Notes: generated from the sequence alone by a model not told the origin. DNA of 26,280 nt from Promethearchaeota archaeon (GCA_048938005.1 JBHLMQ010000030.1:1-26280); one strand, 5' to 3'; shown: positions 7,801-16,809, counted from the first letter of the stretch. Translations and numbers: made by a program.

Positions 7801-9279
7801 TCTCGTTTATCAGCAGGGGGTAGTGGCAAATTCTACAAATGGAGAATAGAAGGTTCTTACCCTGGATACCCTGATCCTGCCATTCAACCTGAATTACTTG
7901 AAATAAAGTCTATACCAACAGCAATTAGCGCACATGATCATGATACGCAAGTAGAACTACCAGATAAATTATATACAGCGTATTATGATGAGCTTGTTAG
8001 TATAATGATTCAATATTCTGTTGAATTTGGAGCTCCATTGCTTAATGCTCATCTATCATATAGTTGGTTGGGACGCCCTTATGTTGATTTTACCGCCGAT
8101 CCTGTGTATACTAACTATTATACTTTTACTATTGATACTTCAGAAGCTCAAACTACTGGGATACAACGTATTAGCATTAGAGCTTACCTTGAAAATTATA
8201 CTGCTCTTACTGTCGCAAATCCCTTCGTAGTTGATCTTGTTATTGAAGAAAGAGAAACAACTCTCAATAATGACCCTAATAATCCACATTATTTACGACC
8301 TCCAGATATTTGGGTTGAAACCACTAAAATTTTCATGTTCACCTATAGAGATGAAAACACAGGTGAAGTTCTGGGGGATTTATCTACAGCTACCTTTGTT
8401 TGGGAAGAATTGTATGAGAATGGAACAAAAAAAGAAGGTGTTTATGGTTCTGGAGAATTAACGGAACTGTCAAATAGAACATATGAATTGGACTTTAACA
8501 CAGAATTAAGACCCGCTGGTAATTATTTCTTATTTGTCACAATGAAAAAAGATAATTACGACGAAAAAAATGTTTTTTTAAGCTTAAAAATTGTATTAAG
8601 AAAGTTTACTGAAACTGTCCTGGTTAATTCTCGATTATTAGGACCCGATGCTCAAATTAGTGTTGATAAGGGGACAAGTATAAATTTCAATATAAGTTTA
8701 ACAGATGATTCTAGAAATAATATCGCCTTACAAGGAGCATCAGTTGAGATATATTTTGGGTATATAGGTAGTAATATTACTGTTCCTGAAACCCCTGGAA
8801 CACCTGGACTTTATACACGAACATTTAGTACGAGTAATATCGATACTTTCATATCACCTAAAACATTTGTTGCTATAATATATATTAATGCTAATAACTT
8901 CACAACTGAAGAAATCCGTATAATTATTACTGTTAAAATGGAAGAAATATTTCCAGGAATGCCAACATTTTACTTTATCTTAATTATGGTATCAATTGTC
9001 GGTGTTGTAGGAAGTGTAGTAGGATATAGAGTTATCCAACAAGCAAGAATCCCAAAACATGTCAAGAAAATCAGGAAAATCAAAAGTTTGATGAAATCCA
9101 AAAAGAAAATAACTGAAATACCTTCGGTTCCTACAAAAGAACAAATGATGGCCAAATTGTTAGGAGATGATTGGAGAGAAATTGGGCTTTCACTCGAGGA
9201 TACATTAGGAATACAAGATTTAAAATCTAAGAAATTACCAATAGAAGATAAAATTTCAAAGGAAGGAGGTGAAGATTAA
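4897..9279 (+). CDS. Large single-pass cell-surface protein (copy A): signal/TM, DUF2341-like domain, beta-sandwich domain, Ig-like repeats, C-terminal TM and conserved cytoplasmic tail
   Basis: Hydrophobic N-terminus, WWNSSWRCRMIINVTN...YMYFGN, WIKNGDFE, repeated D-x-DG-x-x-P/YNIT Ig-like strands, many N-x-S/T sequons, TM FYFILIMVSIVGVVGSVVGY followed by a basic tail. Confidence 0.8.
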   Translation: MNRIKLNTSRLKKASLLLTIVLLSFFPTYLTNNSNFVGTTENLREDQNEEIDLEKIGLSLLGDDPWWNSSWRCRMIINVTNPYPFDFENYGLSITFNYKTLGQNIQSNLDDIRIVENGTLRKYYVKKDYPTTDMATVWFDTNINDTVVGDDIETDTYMYFGNEDALNAEAIDPSDSFGWIKNGDFELDINYSNYFDPYGWTFSHDPIDNIYGLGNPGVTDENTYGVEFCNLLLDTDSASQAERVYQGDNAYKFGANRDVLGFSDVYNSYAGAFFSYPFTIPKVYGGGIDLHLYRNPRTWGFVTTNDPSDLDNDGYYIRLCDNYGLDPDTHTDIGSGFENYIELWGGRAFFTGGGTKQGQWQHATKVRTLDLSVTNDTYSESSVDGDLTAPLNFTISKFEGDTIFLELGVWGTEDRYRSGFFQLDDVRFNYTDFSTSLNELQYINSSVTIITRDVDGRIVPNAEVMLVDNSIPKGLPGYQLAYGISDSNGRVNFKDLENRMYNITANYTLGSQEVEVFNSFELGTGPYNFNGIFYSEEITLNLWTIDFEVVDWDGIPLSSGYIKVNNESGGDLLQTLTLNKNGKAMFRWLNASYYYFSVYYDNDDYYGNPLLLNESYIYRSNYDRIGDKYQEYSIWVNNTNIAPPGTSYSVSEYIYTNGSKTELGNKKLTEVKISLTNMVDQLEDVSVYYIDKDDNTGTSNHLIYFEDGYGVGKDSDIIELDIPLIENTKLESENYQVYGLLIEVNGINYSNPCNGIIKVETVETCNIYNKTHLARINIRTIDTFDNPISSKIKITNIANNSQSLVNLSASSTTTNGYAYDINDYPFWYLKDRTYNFTIDTYNVTNAVFDVYDVDPPQVKPLGVTWFNFTLTKNSTIIFRVYLPGVNISYYFTSFVNISGTGDAYWREDISFSVIFEYTDDNGINWYPVTDPSASCTLYISEIIGDTDLITEIMGPGSGNGNFTITLNSSRLSAGGSGKFYKWRIEGSYPGYPDPAIQPELLEIKSIPTAISAHDHDTQVELPDKLYTAYYDELVSIMIQYSVEFGAPLLNAHLSYSWLGRPYVDFTADPVYTNYYTFTIDTSEAQTTGIQRISIRAYLENYTALTVANPFVVDLVIEERETTLNNDPNNPHYLRPPDIWVETTKIFMFTYRDENTGEVLGDLSTATFVWEELYENGTKKEGVYGSGELTELSNRTYELDFNTELRPAGNYFLFVTMKKDNYDEKNVFLSLKIVLRKFTETVLVNSRLLGPDAQISVDKGTSINFNISLTDDSRNNIALQGASVEIYFGYIGSNITVPETPGTPGLYTRTFSTSNIDTFISPKTFVAIIYINANNFTTEEIRIIITVKMEEIFPGMPTFYFILIMVSIVGVVGSVVGYRVIQQARIPKHVKKIRKIKSLMKSKKKITEIPSVPTKEQMMAKLLGDDWREIGLSLEDTLGIQDLKSKKLPIEDKISKEGGED
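9265..9272 (+). promoter_or_regulatory. Shine-Dalgarno GGAGGTGA embedded in the last codons of copy A, upstream of ATG 9282
   Basis: Perfect archaeal SD; stop at 9277-9279 and start at 9282. Confidence 0.8.
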
Positions 9280-9281
9280 AA

Positions 9282-10394
9282 ATGCCAATAGGATTAGTTA
9301 TAATGAGATGGGATATTAAAGTTAGTACAGAAATCCTTGCTAAATACCCTGATGAGCTTATTATTAGTGATGAAACTTTAATGCAAATCTATGCAGCACA
9401 TGAATATACAGGAGAGCCTGGAATGATAAGTCTATTAGTTGGACCATTGAATATCGCTTCATATTATACTGGTCGAGATAAACCTCTTTATATCATTTTG
9501 CTTCTGAATTTGGATGAAGATGCTGATACGTATGAAGGTGGATTATCAGACATTTCTCGTGTTATTTTCCAAAATTTCGAAGATAATGCTTATTTGGAGA
9601 TGATCCCTTTTTTATTCCAACGTTTATCAACATACCCTCATTTAAATGAAGAACAGAGTTTAGCTATTACTTATTTAGATAATGTTAATCGATTGATAAT
9701 AAATAGACTTAGAGAAGAAGGTGTAATTACAAAATCAGAATTAAAAATATGGCTGAAAGATCGATATAGAGAGGGATTTTTTGATGTAGATGCAATCTTG
9801 ATGGAATTAATTAAAAAGGAAATAATAAAAGAAACATCAGTAAAAGGAATGCCTTCTGAGTTAATCTTTCTTATAAATGATCTCTTTATGATCAGAAGAC
9901 CACCAGTTAAATTACTTAAGAATCCTGTAGAACGCGGACTTCCTGAAAGATTCGTTGAGGAGTATCATATCGCTGTAAAGAATTTTTTCCAAAAATATCG
10001 TCCCTCAGATGAAGATAATCTGAAAGTTTTAGATGAAGTTATTGCTGATCCTCAAGTTTATGAAATTATGAAGTTATTAAAAATCTCAATTGTTACTAAA
10101 AATGTTTTGGAGAAACTTAGAAAAAAAGGCGTTGATGATATAGATGGGGGCTTAAAGAAGTTATGGGATAACCAAATGATTCATGTATTTCAAGATACTA
10201 AAGGAAATGAGTATTATGCTCTACTAACTGAGTTTTATAATTCACTAGTATATCCGAAATACATGTTAAATACGATAATTCACCAATATAATGTAAAATC
10301 TAAATCAGAAGGAGTTCTAATTGAATATTTAAATGTTCTCGATGATAATTATCGATCTACAAAATTAAGAGCTCAAGTTGAAGAAGAAGAATAA
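9282..10394 (+). CDS. Longin/uDENN-like N-terminal domain plus two winged-helix-like domains (NPRL2/NPRL3-like architecture), copy A
   Basis: GLVIMRWDxxxxTEILAKYP beta-hairpin resembles the uDENN/NPRL2 longin start. Two WH-like segments: LIINRLREEGVITKSEL...LMELIKKEII and VYEIMKLL...LKKLWDNQMI...YYAL. Confidence 0.6.
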   Translation: MPIGLVIMRWDIKVSTEILAKYPDELIISDETLMQIYAAHEYTGEPGMISLLVGPLNIASYYTGRDKPLYIILLLNLDEDADTYEGGLSDISRVIFQNFEDNAYLEMIPFLFQRLSTYPHLNEEQSLAITYLDNVNRLIINRLREEGVITKSELKIWLKDRYREGFFDVDAILMELIKKEIIKETSVKGMPSELIFLINDLFMIRRPPVKLLKNPVERGLPERFVEEYHIAVKNFFQKYRPSDEDNLKVLDEVIADPQVYEIMKLLKISIVTKNVLEKLRKKGVDDIDGGLKKLWDNQMIHVFQDTKGNEYYALLTEFYNSLVYPKYMLNTIIHQYNVKSKSEGVLIEYLNVLDDNYRSTKLRAQVEEEE

Positions 10395-10410
10395 CAAAAA
10401 CAGTTTTAAC

Positions 10411-10430
10411 TTTTTTTTAATTTTTTTATT
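10411..10430. terminator. T-rich terminator region between convergent genes
   Basis: T8 and T-rich tracts shortly after the 10394 stop. Confidence 0.5.
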
Positions 10431-10478
10431 TCTTATTATAGTTTTATAATAAAAAGAGTAAAATATTATTTTTGAAGA

Positions 10479-11519
10479 TTATAGGTTAGTCAAATAACCT
10501 TTTAATTTCTTTGCTTTTTCATAAAATTCTTTATAGAGAGCATCATCTCCTAGTTCAAGGCACAAATCCGAGATTTTTTCAAAATATTCGGCAGTTTGAG
10601 CAATGTTACCATTTTCTAAACTAACCTTTGCTTGATGAATTAATTGCTCTCTTTCAAACAGAGGTTTTAATAATGGAGAAGCATCAGTACTTATTCCTAA
10701 GATATCTGCAATTATTTGTATCATTTTATCCCGATTATTTGGATCGATGGCAATCATTGAATATGTTTTCAATCCAAGAATTTCTTCAATTTTTTGAACA
10801 TTCAAGGCATCTTCTAAATCTTGTTTGTTTCCTATAACTGCAGTATGCGCATAAGGTACGTGTTCCTTTATTAATTCAATGAAAAACTTACTTTTTTCCA
10901 CATTTTCTAATGTAGAATCTGTAATGATGAGAACAGCATCACTGCCAAGAATGAAATCATTCCATAAATAGCTAAATTGCTCTTGACCGGCAAAATCCCA
11001 CAGATGGAAATAAAGTTTGCCAATTTTAACCGTTGAGATTTTTCCTGTAATAGTAGGAATATGGACTGAAGGAATTTCACTCGCACAGATTAGATTTGTA
11101 GTTGTTGTTTTCCCTACACCTGAAAATCCTACTAAGGAAATCTTAGTTTTAAGATTTCTATGAATGGAATCCATTATCGGATCCAATAATTCTAGGAGGG
11201 AAGGATCCAAATTATCTATATTATCACCAAACGTATCTAAAAATTCTTTTTTTAAGGTTGCCAATTGAGATTTTGTCCTTGAAAGATCATCATTTCTATC
11301 AGTTATGAACATAAACGTTAATCCTAGTTCTGTATCTGGTATAAATACTATTTTATATTTGATATAATCATAGCTGTCAAGTTCGATTCCCGTTCCCTCG
11401 GCAGTTGTTTCAATAATGGCTTGATATAATTTATTAAAATTCTCCGTATGAACTGCTTTGCCAAAATTCTTATTATATAAGATTTTTTCATCCTTTAAGA
11501 TATACACTTGTCTTAACAT
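10479..11519 (-). CDS. Small GTPase fusion: N-terminal longin-like domain, Arf/Rab-like GTPase, C-terminal TPR/MIT-like helical hairpin
   Basis: G1 GFSGVGKTT, G2 PT, G3 WDFAGQ, G4 NKQD. N-terminus QVYILK..KILYNKNF...LTFMFITD...LKKEFLDTF is longin-like. C-terminus AKVSLENGNIAQTAEYFEKISDLCLELGD is a helical hairpin. Confidence 0.85.
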   Translation of the reverse strand: MLRQVYILKDEKILYNKNFGKAVHTENFNKLYQAIIETTAEGTGIELDSYDYIKYKIVFIPDTELGLTFMFITDRNDDLSRTKSQLATLKKEFLDTFGDNIDNLDPSLLELLDPIMDSIHRNLKTKISLVGFSGVGKTTTTNLICASEIPSVHIPTITGKISTVKIGKLYFHLWDFAGQEQFSYLWNDFILGSDAVLIITDSTLENVEKSKFFIELIKEHVPYAHTAVIGNKQDLEDALNVQKIEEILGLKTYSMIAIDPNNRDKMIQIIADILGISTDASPLLKPLFEREQLIHQAKVSLENGNIAQTAEYFEKISDLCLELGDDALYKEFYEKAKKLKGYLTNL

Positions 11520-12011
11520 ATTCTCCAGCCTATATTGTATGAGACTTTAATAATAAAGAAGTCGACTAATCTTTTTTTAAAAGATAAAGTCATTATTTTG
11601 ATATTTTTCTTTGATTCTTCAATCTAAATCTAAATATTTAAATTTTTAGAAATTAAAAGATGTGAGAGATTATAGATAGAATTATTTTAATGATTTTTAA
11701 TAGTAAAAAAAAAGAATTTGCTAAATGTTTTGAAGGACCTAAGGATGTTCTACATTATTTTTTAAATGGCTAAAGATTAAATTCAAATTTAATTAGTTTT
11801 TCCGAGTTTAGAAATAATTTTGTTAACACTTCTGATTTATTATCATTAAATTTGTGTGCTATGTAGATATCACATTAGTTGTTTGTTATAAAAGAAAAAA
11901 AGATTAAACATGGTGTTGTCTTATAAACAAAAGTTAAATAATAAAATTTGCATATTTAATGATAAAAATCTTTTTTTTTAAAATTTCAAAAAAATTATTT
12001 TATAATAAAAA

Positions 12012-15000
12012 ATGATAAAAATGAATATTTCTAAGCGTACACAAATAAAAGGAGTTAGTGTTCTTTTACTAATAACTTTAATTCCATTATTATTCGGTTC
12101 ACTACCAAATTCAATTGATAATTTTGATAATTCTATTGAAAAAGAGATTACTCAAGAGCATTCAAATTTAGAGTTAGCATTACCTCCAACTTCTTACGAT
12201 TGGTGGAACAATTCGTGGAATTTTCGAGTACCTATAGGAATTACTGCTGTTGGAAGTCAACTTAATGCTCCAGTGGAACTTTTCATTAACTTTACTGAAT
12301 ATTTTAATGATTTAAATATCCAAAATCCTGAATTGAACACATCAACTATTCGGGTGATTGAATATATTTCAAGTTCCAATTATTATGAAGTTGAGAGTCA
12401 ATTTGATCCATATTCAAGATCTTATGATAGTCAAACAAATGCAATAGGTGATTTAATTTGGATATTAAATGGAACAACCACAAATGGGAAAACTCGAGAT
12501 TTCTTTGTTTATTTTAATAATGGAACAAGTCTAGAGATTCAAGATCCAAATTATGATACAATTAGAATTTGGCATGAAGGTTTCGAAGAATATCAAACTG
12601 GAGATATTTTAAGACCTACTGATGGGCAAGATAATTATCATCCAACTTTTTGGGAAATAAGCAATACAACTTCAGCAAGAGGAACTTCTTCTCTGCGAAT
12701 TTGGGGTAATTGTTGGAAAGCATCTGCCACAGGAACTATCAATATTAATCCAAATACAATAATAACTGCTAAAATGAGGTTTGACGATCCTACACCAGTA
12801 AGAGAAATTTCTGGATTAGGATTTCATACAACATACGTTAACATTCCTAGCTCTTCTAACATTTATAATATAAGAGGAACTCAAAATTGGGGCTCAGCAG
12901 GAGGATATAAATTTAGAAATCAATATTATGCGGCAAATACTTTTTTCTGGTATACTTTCAAGGTCGATACTGAAATAACATTAAGTTCATTTAATCATAT
13001 TTTTTATGTTGCTGATGATGATAGTATTGATTTTCTAAACCTGTATTGGGATGATATATCTATTTGGAATAAAACTGTCCAAACTACTCCGAATAATTCA
13101 CTTCAAACTGAATTAGGGGATATTCAACCAATTGCATATACATTAAAAATTACTTGTAACGATGAAGATGGTAATCCCGTCCCTAATGCACATATCTACT
13201 TATCCAATGACTTATTCCCTTCATATAATCAAGATCATAAAAGTGATGAGAATGGAGAATGGACATTCCAGGATATTGAAAAAGATGCTTTCTATAACAT
13301 AACAGTGAATTATACTCAAAATGGCCTTAGCAATCCAAAAACAGCAACTGTATTTTATCGTGAAGATTTTCAAATTACAGAGTTAAATAATCGTTTAACT
13401 GCATTTCTTACTTTAAAGACACTAAATTTCAACATCACAGATAAAGATCTTGATCCTATTCAATATGGATTTGTTTTACTCAAAGATGCTACAGAAATAG
13501 AAGGAAAAACAGTGCTTAGTAGCGCAGGTATCGGATCTATAACTTGGCTAAACGATACAACTTATGATTATGAGGTTTATTTCGATTACGATTCACTTCC
13601 AGATAATTCAAAATATCGCTATTCAAATTTACAGATATATATTGGTACAGAAGTAACTAAAGATATTGATGTATCCACTGAAATTACAAAAATAACATTT
13701 AATGTAACCGATGATACACCAGAAAAAGTGCCTTTTACTAATGCAAAATTAAGATTCTATAACCAATCGGATTACGATAATGAGACCGAGATTATTGCAA
13801 ATGTCAGTGTTGATATAAACGGATTAGCAACATTTATTTCATTTAGCAATACATTTGGAAATTGGGGAAATTACACAGTTGACATATTTTTTGGTGGTTT
13901 TGAGCAAGATTTTCAGGTAAATCCTCCTAGTATTCCATATCGTGGCTATAACTTTACATTAATAACTCAAAGTTATACTAGGATCGAAATAATAGGTACA
14001 AAGAGAAATCTTTATAATTCAACAATTAATCTTATTGATTATCCAACAAGCATCTATTGGAATGATTATGGATCGATTTATTTCAACTTTACAAAGCAAG
14101 ATATATTAGAACCAAATGCAAAAACTGTAACTCCTGATGAACTAACTTTTCAAATATTTGACAAAGAAGAACTCAATCCATTTAGCGGAAAAATTGATAT
14201 TTTATCTTCTGAGATATCTCCAGGAATTTTTAACTATACTTTTAATACAGCTGATTTTAATTTAATTGGCGGTACTGGTTACTATTTTGAAATCATTGGA
14301 AACTATAAGAGTTATGTTTTTAATGGTACAGGATATAAATCAATAATTATTCAAGCAGTTCCGACTAATATAAAATATTACGATTACTCTTTAACAGAAC
14401 TAACTGATAAAAGCTTTTCAGTTATTTATAGGGAAACTGTCAATGTAACTGTTGATTATATCAATAATAATACCGGATTTTCTCTTATTGATGCTTTAAT
14501 TACTTATGAATGGAAATATGGTTCAGGAACACTCAATGATGATCCATTACATGCAGATATGTATTATTTTGAATTTGATTCTTCACCTGCGCCAGAGGAT
14601 AAGGATTACATAATTTATATTAGAGCAACATTAACAAATTTTAGTACCATTGACGACTCAATTATAGTAAGTATACTTCCAAGACCTACAGCTATTAATG
14701 GAGCAACACATTATCAAATCTCACCCGATATCTATATATATGATTCTAAGTACTACTTTTTTGAATACAATGATACACTTCTAGATATTACAATTGGAAA
14801 TTTAGACGTTGCGAGCTATAATTGGTATAGATTAGATGAAGATGGAAATCCTCTTAGCGGCCCTGGAAATGAGGGTTCTGGTGTCTTATTACCTGCTGCA
14901 AATAATCAATATATGCTTGATTTTGATACAAAATCAAAAGAAGTAGGTGAATATTCGATATTTATTACAATGCAAAAAAATAATTATGAAGTCAGAAATG

Positions 15001-15677
15001 CTTTTATTTCTTTAACTATCAATAAAAGACCTATTTCAATGGATTTATATTCTAATGGAGTGTTAAGAACCAGAATAAGTATTGTTCAGGGAAGTAGTAT
15101 TAATTTTAGTGCTGTTCTTACTGATAAACTTAATGGAAGCGCACTAATTGGGGCAAATGTTACTTTACAAATCAATGGAGATAATTATATATTGGATCCT
15201 GTTCTGGGTTCACCAGGTACTTATCAATATATTTTTTCAACAAGTCATATAAATACTTTCTTTATGCCTCAAACTTTAACAGGTCAAATAATCATTGAAT
15301 TAGATAACTACGAGATAGATCCGGAACCTATTACAGTTGTAGTTAATATGCCAGAGATATTTGGTATTCCGACGTTTTATTTCTTGATGATTGTTATTTC
15401 AGTTGCAGCAGTAGTAGGTAGTTTAATTGCTTATCGTACTATTCAAAGAGCTCGAATTCCTACTTTTGTTAAAAAAACAAGACAGATGAAGAAAAATATA
15501 AAAGGAGAGAAAACAATTTCAGATTCGGTTTTATACCCAATAAAAGAAGAATACATAGTAAAAAAACTAGGATATAAATGGGAAGCAATTGGACTATCTT
15601 TAGATGATATAATGGGAGTCAAGAAAAAAAAGATATTACCTGAACTAAAAGAAGAATTCAAGGGAGGTGTTGATTAA
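12012..15677 (+). CDS. Large single-pass cell-surface protein (copy B), paralog of 4897-9279
   Basis: WWNNSWNFRVPI...FVYFNN, Ig-like repeats (NDEDGNPVPNA...YNITVNYT), TM FYFLMIVISVAAVVGSLIAY and tail ARIP..VKK...W..IGLSL.D shared with copy A. Confidence 0.8.
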   Translation: MIKMNISKRTQIKGVSVLLLITLIPLLFGSLPNSIDNFDNSIEKEITQEHSNLELALPPTSYDWWNNSWNFRVPIGITAVGSQLNAPVELFINFTEYFNDLNIQNPELNTSTIRVIEYISSSNYYEVESQFDPYSRSYDSQTNAIGDLIWILNGTTTNGKTRDFFVYFNNGTSLEIQDPNYDTIRIWHEGFEEYQTGDILRPTDGQDNYHPTFWEISNTTSARGTSSLRIWGNCWKASATGTININPNTIITAKMRFDDPTPVREISGLGFHTTYVNIPSSSNIYNIRGTQNWGSAGGYKFRNQYYAANTFFWYTFKVDTEITLSSFNHIFYVADDDSIDFLNLYWDDISIWNKTVQTTPNNSLQTELGDIQPIAYTLKITCNDEDGNPVPNAHIYLSNDLFPSYNQDHKSDENGEWTFQDIEKDAFYNITVNYTQNGLSNPKTATVFYREDFQITELNNRLTAFLTLKTLNFNITDKDLDPIQYGFVLLKDATEIEGKTVLSSAGIGSITWLNDTTYDYEVYFDYDSLPDNSKYRYSNLQIYIGTEVTKDIDVSTEITKITFNVTDDTPEKVPFTNAKLRFYNQSDYDNETEIIANVSVDINGLATFISFSNTFGNWGNYTVDIFFGGFEQDFQVNPPSIPYRGYNFTLITQSYTRIEIIGTKRNLYNSTINLIDYPTSIYWNDYGSIYFNFTKQDILEPNAKTVTPDELTFQIFDKEELNPFSGKIDILSSEISPGIFNYTFNTADFNLIGGTGYYFEIIGNYKSYVFNGTGYKSIIIQAVPTNIKYYDYSLTELTDKSFSVIYRETVNVTVDYINNNTGFSLIDALITYEWKYGSGTLNDDPLHADMYYFEFDSSPAPEDKDYIIYIRATLTNFSTIDDSIIVSILPRPTAINGATHYQISPDIYIYDSKYYFFEYNDTLLDITIGNLDVASYNWYRLDEDGNPLSGPGNEGSGVLLPAANNQYMLDFDTKSKEVGEYSIFITMQKNNYEVRNAFISLTINKRPISMDLYSNGVLRTRISIVQGSSINFSAVLTDKLNGSALIGANVTLQINGDNYILDPVLGSPGTYQYIFSTSHINTFFMPQTLTGQIIIELDNYEIDPEPITVVVNMPEIFGIPTFYFLMIVISVAAVVGSLIAYRTIQRARIPTFVKKTRQMKKNIKGEKTISDSVLYPIKEEYIVKKLGYKWEAIGLSLDDIMGVKKKKILPELKEEFKGGVD

Positions 15678-15679
15678 TG
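15663..15679 (+). promoter_or_regulatory. SD GGAGGTG plus overlapping TAATG stop/start (translational coupling)
   Basis: GGAGGTG at 15663-15669; TAA 15675-15677 overlaps ATG 15677-15679. Confidence 0.8.
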
Positions 15680-16792
15680 CCAGTTGGATTAGTAATAATG
15701 AGATGGGATGAGAGAGTTGGAACAGAAATTCTCGCGAAATATCCCGAAGAAATAAATATTTCCGATAAAACGCTCATGCAAGTGTACAGTACTCATGAGT
15801 ACAGCGGTGAATCTGGAATGATCAGTTTAATGATTGGATCTTTAAACATTGCTTCGTATTATACGGGACCTGATAAAGGATTTTACATTCTTCTACTTCT
15901 AAATTTAGATGATGATCCAGATTCTTATGAAGGAGGTTTAATTGATATTTCTCGAATTATTTTGCAAAATGTAGTGGATGACGCTTATGTAAAATTGATC
16001 CCTGATCTTTTTAGACAATTATCTGTTTATCCTACTCTTAATAACGAACAACAACTTGCTATTACTTATCAAGACGAAATTAAACGATTGATAATTAACC
16101 GTTTAAGAGATGAGGGTGTAATTTCCAAGTCAGAATTGATGGTATGGTTAAAGGATCAATACAAACAGGGATTTGTTGATTTAGAAGGGGTCTTAATAGA
16201 ACTCGTTAAACGGGAAATCGTAAAAGAAACCTCAGTTAAAGGTATGCCCTCGGAACTTATCTTTTTAATACAAGATGTTGTGGTTTTAAGAGTACCTCCT
16301 GTTAAGATGTTTGATGATCCAACCAACCGCGGTTTACCTTCTCAGCTTGCAGAAGATTACAGAATAGAAGTTAAGAGATTTTTTCAAAACTATCACCCAA
16401 CAGATGGGGACAATCTTAGAATCATAGATATCCTTATTAATCCACAAGTTTACGAAACTCTCCGATTATTAAGGACAGCGATAGTAACTAGAAATGATCT
16501 TGAAAAACTAAGAAAAAAAGGTGTTGAAGATCTTGATGATGTTTTGAAGATGCTTTGGGATACTCAAATGATTCAAGTTTTTCAGGATGAGAGGAATAAT
16601 GAATACTATGCATTGCTCTCAGACTTTTATTTGGATTTGGTATTTCCAAAATATCTGTTAAACACCATTAAAAAAATATACGATCAGAAATCAAAAGCAA
16701 ACCAAGTATTAATTGAATATCTTACTGTTTTAGAAAATTCTTATACAAATCTTAAAGCAGCAGCCAAAGCTGAAGCAAAAGCTAACGTTTAA
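15677..16792 (+). CDS. Longin/uDENN-like plus two winged-helix protein (NPRL2/NPRL3-like architecture), copy B
   Basis: Colinear paralog of 9282-10394 with identical blocks GLVIMRWD, TEILAKYP, LNIASYYTG, KETSVKGMPSELIFLI, LEKLRKKGV. Confidence 0.6.
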   Translation: MPVGLVIMRWDERVGTEILAKYPEEINISDKTLMQVYSTHEYSGESGMISLMIGSLNIASYYTGPDKGFYILLLLNLDDDPDSYEGGLIDISRIILQNVVDDAYVKLIPDLFRQLSVYPTLNNEQQLAITYQDEIKRLIINRLRDEGVISKSELMVWLKDQYKQGFVDLEGVLIELVKREIVKETSVKGMPSELIFLIQDVVVLRVPPVKMFDDPTNRGLPSQLAEDYRIEVKRFFQNYHPTDGDNLRIIDILINPQVYETLRLLRTAIVTRNDLEKLRKKGVEDLDDVLKMLWDTQMIQVFQDERNNEYYALLSDFYLDLVFPKYLLNTIKKIYDQKSKANQVLIEYLTVLENSYTNLKAAAKAEAKANV

Positions 16793-16809
16793 TTTTTTTT
16801 TTTATTTTT
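16793..16809 (+). terminator. Oligo-T terminator after module B
   Basis: Long T tract immediately after the stop codon. Confidence 0.6.

Noticed and set aside
9282-10394. ESCRT-II subunit or plain transcription factor because of the winged helices
   Set aside because: The N-terminal longin-like domain and the absence of ESCRT genes fit an NPRL/DENN-like architecture better. DNA binding is not formally excluded.
11520-12011. Imperfect inverted repeats (TTGTTATAA...TTATAAACAA, TGTAGATATCACA) as operators or an ncRNA
   Set aside because: Short, imperfect and expected by chance in very AT-rich DNA; no GC-rich stem.
3462-16792. Mobile island integrated at the tRNA, or a recent DNA-level duplication
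   Set aside because: No integrase, transposase or att repeat of the tRNA 3' end was seen, and the paralogs are well diverged, indicating an old duplication.
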